Assembly: GCA_037381445.1 (NCBI GenBank)
Contig: JARRQT010000118.1
Location: 10,570 to 20,732 of the forward strand
Direction: 5' to 3'
Length of the DNA stretch: 10,163 bases
Source: Calditrichia bacterium
GTDB lineage: Bacteria; Calditrichota; Calditrichia; RBG-13-44-9
The position numbers were made by a program, and so were the translations under genes. Of this stretch, positions 1-7,069 are shown piece by piece; position 1 is the first letter of the stretch; each line of letters begins with the position of its first letter. A model generated the notes under the pieces. The model did no database searches. It saw nothing but the letters and a program-made list of their open reading frames with translations, and was not told where the DNA came from.

Positions 1-399
1 TACGAAGATAAATTGGATGTATCCTTCGAAATCGAACCGGCGGCGGAGCAATACCCGGTTCTCAGTTTTCTAATTCATCCCCTAGTTGAAAATGCTCTAA
101 AGTATGGTATGCAGACCAGCCCGAGACCGCTGTGGATCAGAATCCTTGCCTGGGTAGAAGGAAGCAAATTGGTGGTGGAAATCTGCAATACCGGAAAATG
201 GCTGAAGAACGGTCGGGAAGATTCCCCCAGCAAGAGCGGAACCGGTACCGGCCTGAAAAATATTCGCCAGCGTCTGGAGAATGCATTTCCCAACCGACAT
301 TCCTTCCAGGTGATAAAGGATGGCAATAGTGTGCGCATTCGCTTAGAGATTGATAAAAAACCGGTACGGCTGCGTCCGGAAGTGCAGATGGAGATATGA
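1..399 (+). CDS. LytS/YehU-family sensor histidine kinase, C-terminal ATPase part (5' truncated by the window edge)
   Basis: Frame is open from base 1 (YEDKLDVSF...), so the TTG at 13 is internal. Contains HPLVENALKYG (N box), NTG, and GTGTGLKNIRQRL (G box typical of LytS-type kinases). Clearly paralogous to the next gene; its stop overlaps the next start (ATGA, 396-399). Confidence 0.92.
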   Translation, partial: YEDKLDVSFEIEPAAEQYPVLSFLIHPLVENALKYGMQTSPRPLWIRILAWVEGSKLVVEICNTGKWLKNGREDSPSKSGTGTGLKNIRQRLENAFPNRHSFQVIKDGNSVRIRLEIDKKPVRLRPEVQMEI

Positions 400-1508
400 T
401 TGTTAGTCTTGAAAAATATTCCCGGCAATCCTCCCTGTTCTGGAACCTGCAAATTGTATGCTGGGCCATCTACGCTGGCATTTATATCGCCGTGGGATTT
501 ATTATCCACCGGATCAGTATGGCAAATCTAATGGGAGGTTTGGTTTCCGCCGCCAGCGGATTTGTCCTTAGCCTTGCTTTGCGCTCTTTTTATCGCAGAA
601 TCAGGTATGAATTCCGATCCATTGTTTTTCTTTGGTGGCTGGCGATACTGAGCTCCATATTTATCTCCGCAATCTGGTTCTGGGGAGACTTGCTGATTGA
701 TTCCACGCTGACCAACAGTGATATGCTTAAGGAGTATCTGGAAAACCGAACCATTATTACTGATCTTTCCGGGATATTCAGACATTCGATATTGATGATT
801 ATCTGGAGCGGATTGTATTTCTTTTTCAAGATTTGGCTGGAATGGCAAACCGAGAAAAGGAAGGGTGATCAGGCAGATACCCTGGCTCATAATGCTCAAT
901 TGCAGATATTGCGCTATCAACTAAATCCCCATTTTTTATTTAATTCCCTGAATACTATTCGCGCCCTAGTGGATGAAGACGAGAAAAATGCCCGTTTCAT
1001 GATCACTGAACTCTCCGAGTTCCTTCGCTACACTCTTGTTCGCAAAAATTATACCGATGTCCCTCTGAACAATGAAATAGATGCCATACGCCACTATCTG
1101 ACCATCGAAAAGATCCGCTATGAAGACAAGCTTGAAGTCACATTCGATGTGGATCCGCTTGCAGAAGATTTTCCGGTGTTAAGTTTTCTTCTGCACCCGC
1201 TGATTGAAAATTCAATAAAATACGGCATGCAAACCAGCCCGATGCCATTGCAAATTGTGATCGTGGCCCGGATAATACGGAACACACTGCAAATTGAAAT
1301 CCTGAATTCCGGGCATTGGAAGAAATACCAGGAAGATCTCAGAATTCAAAATCTGCAAAATAATTCCGGTCTGGAAAACATAAGGCAGAGACTGGAAGCA
1401 GCATATCCAGGTCGGTACGATTTTGATTATTTTGAGAATGACGGCTGGGTTCATGTCAGAATAGAAATAAACAAAATATTTGAGGGTTCTCATGCAGAAA
1501 CAGTATAA
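396..1508 (+). CDS. Membrane-bound LytS/YehU-family sensor histidine kinase (His_kinase + HATPase_c), 370 aa
   Basis: About four hydrophobic segments in the N-terminal 150 aa. H box LRYQLNPHFLFNSLN, then LSEFLRYTL, EIDAIRHYLTIEKIRY, HPLIENSIKYG and GLENIRQRL. GGAG (389-392) lies just upstream of the ATG, which overlaps the previous stop. Confidence 0.95.
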   Translation: MIVSLEKYSRQSSLFWNLQIVCWAIYAGIYIAVGFIIHRISMANLMGGLVSAASGFVLSLALRSFYRRIRYEFRSIVFLWWLAILSSIFISAIWFWGDLLIDSTLTNSDMLKEYLENRTIITDLSGIFRHSILMIIWSGLYFFFKIWLEWQTEKRKGDQADTLAHNAQLQILRYQLNPHFLFNSLNTIRALVDEDEKNARFMITELSEFLRYTLVRKNYTDVPLNNEIDAIRHYLTIEKIRYEDKLEVTFDVDPLAEDFPVLSFLLHPLIENSIKYGMQTSPMPLQIVIVARIIRNTLQIEILNSGHWKKYQEDLRIQNLQNNSGLENIRQRLEAAYPGRYDFDYFENDGWVHVRIEINKIFEGSHAETV

Positions 1509-2217
1509 AGCTATCATTGTAGATGACGAGCGACTGGCCCGAAAAGATTTGCTTCTTATGCTTCGCGAGTTTGACAATATTGAAGTTGTCGGCGAGGCTG
1601 ACAGTGTTACCTTGGCGCTTGAAATTATCAGAAGAAAATCTCCGGACATTATCTTCCTGGATATCCAAATGCCGGGGGAATCGGGATTCGATCTGCTGGA
1701 GAAAGCCCAAACTCAAGCTAAGATTATTTTTGTGACCGCTTTTGATGAATATGCTATCCGTGCATTTGAGGTAAATGCCATGGACTATTTGTTGAAACCA
1801 ATCAGTACCGAACGCCTCACTCGTACCCTGGAACGGATTGAACTGGAGGAATATCCGGATAATTCCCAAATCAGACAGCTAAGTTACGATGACCGCCTGT
1901 TTTTGATTGTGAATAGTCACCTCAGGTTTTTAAAGGTCAAACAGATCATATATATCAATGCGGCAGGGGATTACTCTGAAATTTTTACCTCAGAAGGGAT
2001 TAAGGGTTTAACCCAAAAAACCATGAAGGAGTGGGAAATGCGTTTGCCGGAAACCTATTTCTGCCGGATTCACCGTTCTACCATCATTAACATGGAATAT
2101 GTAGACCGTCTGGAGGATTGGTTTAATTATTCTCTGCGGATTTACCTGAAAGGTGTGGATAATCCCTATGTCATTAGTCGCCGGTACGTCTCCAGACTAA
2201 AAGAAAGGTTGGGATAA
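1492..2217 (+). CDS. LytR/AlgR-family response regulator (REC + LytTR DNA-binding domain)
   Basis: Receiver motifs IIVDDE, FLDIQMP, FVTAF and DYLLKP; LytTR motifs FCRIHRSTIIN and ISRRY. ATG at 1492 follows GAGGG (1482-1486) and is preferred to the TTG at 1480. Overlaps the kinase 3' end by 17 nt. Confidence 0.96.
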   Translation: MQKQYKAIIVDDERLARKDLLLMLREFDNIEVVGEADSVTLALEIIRRKSPDIIFLDIQMPGESGFDLLEKAQTQAKIIFVTAFDEYAIRAFEVNAMDYLLKPISTERLTRTLERIELEEYPDNSQIRQLSYDDRLFLIVNSHLRFLKVKQIIYINAAGDYSEIFTSEGIKGLTQKTMKEWEMRLPETYFCRIHRSTIINMEYVDRLEDWFNYSLRIYLKGVDNPYVISRRYVSRLKERLG

Positions 2218-2593
2218 TCCTATTATATTTGCCTTTTTCCAGAAAGCAAAACAAAGGATCATCTTGAATAATCCCATGAAGCCAAAGGAGTGGATTAGTT
2301 TGCCCTGGCCATAAGACAAGCTAACTGAAGTGGTCGGATTTGACTTTGATAGATAAACTAAAGGCGGGGAACTGAAAGCATTTGATATCCGCAGTCCTTA
2401 GAAAGCCCGCATAAGCCTCTCCGCCCTATCAGGATCGCATCGAATATTTAAACCGCTAAATAACATAAGGCTTTAAAATCGATTATAGAGGCGTTTTCAA
2501 AAGATAGGCATAATATAGCCGTCCCGCCTTTCCCGTTCCCTGAGATATTCTATTGAGCGTGTCCGAGTAGTCTTTCAGGATGACATAGCAGTG

Positions 2594-2677
2594 TTAGAAG
2601 GTGGCGGCCAGGAAGAGCAGCGGCAGCAGGTTAAGCCAGAAGAGCACAAAGCGGTTAAAACTTTGGTGGGTCCGCAT
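2594..2677 (-). CDS. Small hydrophobic ORF, 27 aa (MRTHQSFNRFVLFWLNLLPLLFLAATF); either a true micropeptide or the 5' part of a gene broken by a nonsense codon
   Basis: Not in the supplied ORF track; translated by hand. AGAAAGGAG Shine-Dalgarno ends about 10 nt before the ATG. Basic N-terminus followed by an 18-residue uncharged hydrophobic run; codons are mostly G/C-ending. Confidence 0.55.
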   Translation of the reverse strand: MRTHQSFNRFVLFWLNLLPLLFLAATF

Positions 2678-2765
2678 TGCCGCGATTCTCCTTTCTTTTT
2701 GTTGTTTTAGTTGATTGTTTCGGGGTGGAAACCGTCGGCTGTTTATCGGGATATGGAAACAAGCC

Positions 2766-2783
2766 ATGGAAAAAGGTTTCCAT
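2766..2783. promoter_or_regulatory. Operator-like inverted repeat ATGGAAA-aagg-TTTCCAT, with extra half-sites at 2726-2733 and 2753-2760
   Basis: Dyad symmetry seen directly. It lies upstream of the 27-aa ORF and abuts a minus-strand TACAAT (-10-like, 2787-2782). Function is inferred. Confidence 0.35.
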
Positions 2784-2857
2784 TGTATGTCAGGGGGGAA
2801 TAAAAAAGGGTAGGGCCCAGTCTATTGTGTGACCAGTCCGTCTGCAATTTATGAGTT

Positions 2858-3148
2858 TTAGCCATTCTCCGGATCGATGAGGTCCTGCCTTCCCATCACC
2901 CTCAGCGGCAACCTGACTTCATTCAGTATCCGGCGCTTGAAATCCACGCGGCAGGTATACTCGGCAAAAAAGGCCCGGGAGTTGGCGAAGACTGTTTTAG
3001 GCACCTGGGTGCGGTGGATGCCAAAGCGCAGGCCCAGTTCTTCGATGGTATGGGTGAATTTCCGTCCTTCCAGTTCCCAGAAGAACTTGCGCAGTTCCCG
3101 GATTTCGGGGTCTTCGGAGAGATGTTCGATTTTGATCAATAATGACAC
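2858..3148 (-). CDS. Hypothetical protein, 96 aa, with a possible helix-turn-helix segment
   Basis: GTG start 9 nt after AAAAGGAG; codon style is GC3-rich like its neighbours. TIEELGLRFGIHRTQV resembles an HTH helix-turn-recognition-helix pattern. No family recognised. Confidence 0.6.
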   Translation of the reverse strand: MSLLIKIEHLSEDPEIRELRKFFWELEGRKFTHTIEELGLRFGIHRTQVPKTVFANSRAFFAEYTCRVDFKRRILNEVRLPLRVMGRQDLIDPENG

Positions 3149-3154
3149 AATGCT

Positions 3155-3419
3155 TTACTCCTTTTCAGTTTGAGGTTTTTCGGTTTCCAGGGTGGCGCTA
3201 CCGCGGGCGAAGATGAGGCCAATCCAGGGAGACCCCGGCCAGACGGCAGATATTCATGGCCGACTCCAGCGAGGGTCTCCGCTTGTCCACTTCCCATTTG
3301 GAGAGCAGGGTCTGATCGAGGCCCAGCCGCTCGGCCAGGGCGGCCTGGCTCAGTGCCAAAGCTTTTCTTAATCGTTTGAACTGTTCGGGAAAGCGATAGG
3401 GGTATGCTGCTTTGTTCAT
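3155..3419 (-). pseudogene. XRE/Cro-CI family HTH transcriptional regulator with a probable +1 frameshift near the 3' end (as sequenced the ORF is 3198..3419, 73 aa)
   Basis: KRLRKALALSQAALAERLGLDQTLLSKWEVDKRRPS...ICRLAGVSLDW is a textbook HTH_3 domain, with a GAGGAG RBS upstream. Removing one C after TGG (plus-strand GG at 3217-3218) gives SLDWLIFARGSATLETEKPQTEKE*, ending at 3155 next to the following gene's RBS. The 73-aa form keeps almost the whole domain and could still function. Confidence 0.8.
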
Positions 3420-3482
3420 AAAATCGACTCCTCATAATTTTGATTTGTATGTTTTCGTGAATGGTAAATGAGCTGTAATACT

Positions 3483-3511
3483 CTTATACCCGATTTATGC
3501 GGATTTTAAAA
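3483..3511 (-). promoter_or_regulatory. Putative promoter motif upstream of the XRE gene (TTTTAAAAT-N9-TCGGGTATAAG)
   Basis: -10-like TATAAG with TTTAAA/TTTTAA 16-17 nt upstream; a near-identical motif recurs at 10025-10054 before the nuclease gene. Confidence 0.4.
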
Positions 3512-3972
3512 GTAGGCTGTGTGTATGAGCGGATGACGGTTTGCGTTGATTGTGGGGAGGGGCTTCTGCATGTCTTTGTTTCCTGTGTCTGCGCATCATT
3601 ATCATATTGAAGATCTGAGCCAAAAAATTGCAGAAAAGAAATTTTCCAGTTGCCTTCAATTGAAGCGAAAAATAAATTGATTTGCCTTATCGAATTACCG
3701 TTCGACATTTATCCTTAACAAAGGTTTTTACATAGACAGAAGTAAAATCGGATTTATCTGGATTCGGCCAATCCTGCCGGGCGCGTGCACATGCTTTCTG
3801 CGGAAGGATGGGCTCTGTAACTAACATGGCGGAGCCATAGACCTTCGTCTTTTAATTGATAGTGAGCGATATGGTGCGGTTGAATAAAATTGCCTTTAAA
3901 AGGGAGAAATAGGCTTTTGGCTGCTGCTCCGGAGCGTGTCCAATCAGAAGCATTTTATTAGTTTTTCCAAAA

Positions 3973-4758
3973 GTGGAAATCATGCAAATGCAAATTGACA
4001 CAATGAAAAGCATTATTGCTAATAATCTTCGCTATGAAGACACCAGCAGATTGCTCAATTCCTTATATAAATTAATTGGGAAATCCGGACCATTCTTAAA
4101 GGATTCAGAGCGAATTATTGATGCCCTGAATCTGATGTTATGGGCTCATTTTGGGCAAAAAGACAGACCTGATGGCCAGCCCTACATCAATCATCCGCTC
4201 TCTGTCGCGCTCCATATTATCAACGATTACAATATCTTTGATCCCGATCTGTTAATAGCAGCCCTTTTGCATGATACAATCGAAGATCAGCCACAGAAGA
4301 TTCTCGATTGGCGCAATGGGAAAGTCCGGGACAATAATTTAAAAAAGTCTGCATTAGGAATTCTTGAAAAACATTTTGGAGCAAAGGTGGCTTTATTGGT
4401 TGATAAGCTGACCAATCCCGATTTTGAGGAGGAGCCCGGGCGGCTGGCGACAGACAGCGAGGAAAAGGATGTGAGAAAAGCAAGGCTCTATCTTAAACAT
4501 TTTGAAAATTTAATTGATGAGAGTCAATTGGCTTTTGTGATAAAGATGGCTGATTTTTCAGAAAATGCCTTCCATATTGAATTATTGGAAGAAGGCGTCA
4601 GCAAAGATTGGCTACGCCGGAAATACGATCCGGTGATTCAAATGTTAATAGGACGGTTGACGAACCTAAAGGATCAATCGCATCCTCTATTTAGCCTGAA
4701 AGATAGGCTCATTGAAAAATTACTTTATATTTATGATCGTGATTATCGACCACCCTAA
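3973..4758 (+). CDS. Stand-alone RelA/SpoT-type HD-domain phosphohydrolase (small alarmone hydrolase/Mesh1-like, HD_4)
   Basis: Motifs AHFGQKDR, GQPYINHP, AALLHDTIED, FGAKVALLVDKLT and IKMADFSEN; no synthetase domain follows. Start is uncertain (GTG 3973, or ATG 3982, 3988 or 4003). Confidence 0.88.
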   Translation: MEIMQMQIDTMKSIIANNLRYEDTSRLLNSLYKLIGKSGPFLKDSERIIDALNLMLWAHFGQKDRPDGQPYINHPLSVALHIINDYNIFDPDLLIAALLHDTIEDQPQKILDWRNGKVRDNNLKKSALGILEKHFGAKVALLVDKLTNPDFEEEPGRLATDSEEKDVRKARLYLKHFENLIDESQLAFVIKMADFSENAFHIELLEEGVSKDWLRRKYDPVIQMLIGRLTNLKDQSHPLFSLKDRLIEKLLYIYDRDYRPP

Positions 4759-5322
4759 TATTTCGCATTGTTTATTGGACTGCACTATCCGGTTTGTTTA
4801 TTCTCATGGTTGGGAGCTAAGATGGAGATGCATAAAGAGCAGGACTCCAATAAACGCTGCTGCTTGTCATAAAAAATTGGCTGATTGAGACAGGCTCAAG
4901 CTGCAAAGAAATACCAGGAATTGGTAAAATTTCTATTGAAGGCGCAGAGTCCGGCAAGACTGGTTTTTCATAGAGGTGATGGATGGAGGCGGCAAGGACT
5001 TGGCGCAGACGACTTTCGGAACGGACGGAAGCGAACCAGCTTTGCTCTATTGGGTGATTTTGATCCCGGGAATAAAGGAACCGCAGGCAAACGGTACTAC
5101 CTCAGTAAGGCAGCAGAAGCTGATAAAAACCGGCGCCAGATGTTTCGTACGATTATTTATTTTAGAAGAATGTTTTTTTGCTTCCCCCGGGATAAAATTT
5201 GGATATTTAGTTGCTATGTCATGAAATTGCTTGTCTTAATTTAGACAAAAGATTTGTATTCGAACCGATGGCTTATGTATTTGTCATACACTAAGGATTA
5301 ATATAAAAGTGAGGCAAAATAA

Positions 5323-5775
5323 ATGGAAAACAATGACAAGACTAAATGGATTAATACTGTGTTATCTGGTTTGAGTGAATTAGAAGGCTCTCAAGCAAAA
5401 ATTGTTTTGGAAAAATGCGGGAGAGAGTGCTTCAATTCTTCCGGAAACCTGGAAAAGATTAAAAAGCTTCATGATGATACAGAAGATAAATACAATATTG
5501 ATTTATTGTTCAATCTCTATAAAGAGAAATTATACCAAAATAGACCTAATCTGCAAAAAGAAAATGGTGTTATTTATCTTAAATATGAGGCATGTGCGTG
5601 CGGTATGGTAACCCAAGGAGGCGTTACAGATCCTTTCCTCTGTAATTGCACTATCGGCTATACCAAGCAAATATTTGAGACTCTTTTCGGTCGGCCTGTA
5701 CGAGTAGAATTAATACGATCCGTTTTAAATGGTGACGGCATCTGCGAACAAAAAATATCAATACCGGATGAATAA
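5323..5775 (+). CDS. Cysteine-rich protein, DUF6144-like / V4R-like fold, 150 aa
   Basis: Seven Cys in the pattern CGREC...CAC...CNC...GDGIC, and a C-terminal FETLFGRPVRVELIRSVLNGDGICE typical of V4R-related domains. GAGG RBS upstream. Family name recalled from the motif. Confidence 0.75.
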   Translation: MENNDKTKWINTVLSGLSELEGSQAKIVLEKCGRECFNSSGNLEKIKKLHDDTEDKYNIDLLFNLYKEKLYQNRPNLQKENGVIYLKYEACACGMVTQGGVTDPFLCNCTIGYTKQIFETLFGRPVRVELIRSVLNGDGICEQKISIPDE

Positions 5776-5820
5776 CCTATCTGTTGAGCATGACATGCCT
5801 ATTCCTGCAAACCCTAAAGG

Positions 5821-5841
5821 AAAGTGCGATATCGCACTTTT
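5821..5841. terminator. Perfect 20-bp palindrome AAAGTGCGATATCGCACTTT; possible bidirectional terminator or protein-binding site
   Basis: 5821-5830 is the exact reverse complement of 5831-5840. It starts 45 nt after the stop at 5775, with an A-run on the left and a short T4 run on the right. Confidence 0.45.
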
Positions 5842-6268
5842 CAATCCTGGCAGCGATGGACTGCAGGCCGGTATCAGTTTTGGTGTTCTTCCTCATAAGG
5901 TTGAGTACGGTTCACCATACACACGATATGCAATTATAAATTTGCCGGATAAAACCATATATGTGGAAATGATCGTCCTATTTCATAATTGGATTCGGGT
6001 ACTTGAGTTTGGCTTCATTCGATAGGGACCGCCGCTGGCCGACAATCGCATTAGCTCCATTCTTCGGTTTATTACAGACTATTCGAACTAATAGTAACCA
6101 CCAAGAAAAATTTCAATCCCTTACAGCGAGGTGCGCACCCCCTAGCCTCATAGATTAAGTGGGAGTCAGATCCACACCTTCGATCGGAAAGAAATATCTC
6201 TGTTGGAGGAGTCTAATTTGTCCATCCATTATTTATATATGCCTGGTTAATAAAGAAAGGAAGAAGAC

Positions 6269-7069
6269 ATGATAAAAAAGTTTCTCATGTTGGCATTAGC
6301 CATTATATATTTTTGTTCCTTTTCAACCATCAAATCAAACGAGCCAAACAATCATTTGATAATCAGAACCCCGGATAGAAGTCTATTTTGGTATTATTTG
6401 GAAAACCATGTGTACGATCCGGAAAATATCGCCTTCAGTGAAATTGAGAATGCTTTTCTCCAGTATGATCCTGATCTGGTCCTGGTTGAGGGAGGAAATA
6501 ATGTTGTTTCCCGCAATGCAGAGGAAGCAATTAGAATTGGCGGCGAATCGCGATTTGTTGCATTTTTAGGATTCAAGACTAATAAAATTGTTCAGGATAT
6601 TGAACCGCCATTCGAAAAGCAATTAGAATTTTTGCTTTCAAAAAATAACGCTCAATCCGTCTACGCTATGTACCTGCTTAGATTGTTGAATAGTGACAAG
6701 TCGCGGTATTTAGCCGGATCCAGGGAAATAGTTGATATCTATCAGCATTGCGAAGAATATTTAAATCACTTGGATAAAGTATCAGGTCGTACGAATAAAA
6801 TAGATAAACAATTTGTTGACCTATTAACTCAAGCATATGCAAAAACAGATTTTGCCCATTCACGATGGTATGAAATTGATTATGATTCAGTTTTATATGA
6901 CCCGGATGGTGCACTCTATGTTATCAGAGATGAGATAACAAACTACCGCAATCTCTGGCTGATCAGGTTAATAGAGGAAAAGAGACTTCAGTTCAGGAAA
7001 ATATTCATAATGATGGGTTCAGGCCACTTAATGAAGGTGAGGGAAAAAATCATAGAGATGTATAGATAA
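6269..7069 (+). CDS. Exported protein of unknown function, probably TraB/PrgY/GumN (Tiki/EreA-like) superfamily, 266 aa
   Basis: Signal-peptide-like N-terminus (MIKKFLMLALAIIYFCSF). Ordered motifs NH, PDLVLVEG, RNLWL and IMMGSGHL match the H / E / RN / GxxH layout of TraB-Tiki proteins. AAAGGA RBS upstream. Confidence 0.65.
   Translation: MIKKFLMLALAIIYFCSFSTIKSNEPNNHLIIRTPDRSLFWYYLENHVYDPENIAFSEIENAFLQYDPDLVLVEGGNNVVSRNAEEAIRIGGESRFVAFLGFKTNKIVQDIEPPFEKQLEFLLSKNNAQSVYAMYLLRLLNSDKSRYLAGSREIVDIYQHCEEYLNHLDKVSGRTNKIDKQFVDLLTQAYAKTDFAHSRWYEIDYDSVLYDPDGALYVIRDEITNYRNLWLIRLIEEKRLQFRKIFIMMGSGHLMKVREKIIEMYR

Noticed and set aside
75..1869. Antisense and alternative-frame ORFs over the two-component operon (75-509, 137-469, 528-920, 1212-1649, 1456-1869 and others)
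   Set aside because: They overlap well-supported genes, have no recognisable motifs or RBS, and are best explained as shadow ORFs.
2458..2485. AAATAACATAA resembling the XerD arm of a dif site (also XerC-like CCGCATAA near 2407 and on the minus strand near 3495)
   Set aside because: The partner arm at the required 6-bp spacing does not match in any case.
2655..2783. Minus-strand 42-aa ORF (METFFHGLFPYP...) overlapping the leader of the 27-aa ORF
   Set aside because: No RBS, low-complexity composition, and it runs through the stronger ORF's Shine-Dalgarno sequence.
3484..3708. 74-aa minus-strand ORF upstream of the XRE gene
   Set aside because: No RBS or motif, and it overlaps the putative promoter motif; probably non-coding.
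4885..5244. 119-aa and 82-aa overlapping + strand ORFs
   Set aside because: No recognisable domain, weak starts, and two competing frames. Could be a gene remnant but I cannot support a call.
5729..6025. 98-aa + strand ORF downstream of the Cys-rich gene
   Set aside because: It overlaps the upstream gene, runs across the palindrome, and has no RBS or motif.
5839..6131. Two TTTCAATCC...CAGCGA stretches (about 5839 and 6111) resembling the start of CRISPR repeats
   Set aside because: Only two degenerate copies about 270 nt apart, with no regular repeat-spacer period and no cas operon. The nuclease pseudogene is not evidence for cas4.
6128..6210. GAGGTGCG motif reminiscent of a lysine riboswitch start or a group II intron 5' end (GTGCG)
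   Set aside because: None of the downstream conserved elements (riboswitch loop-E and kink-turn motifs, intron domain V) could be found.
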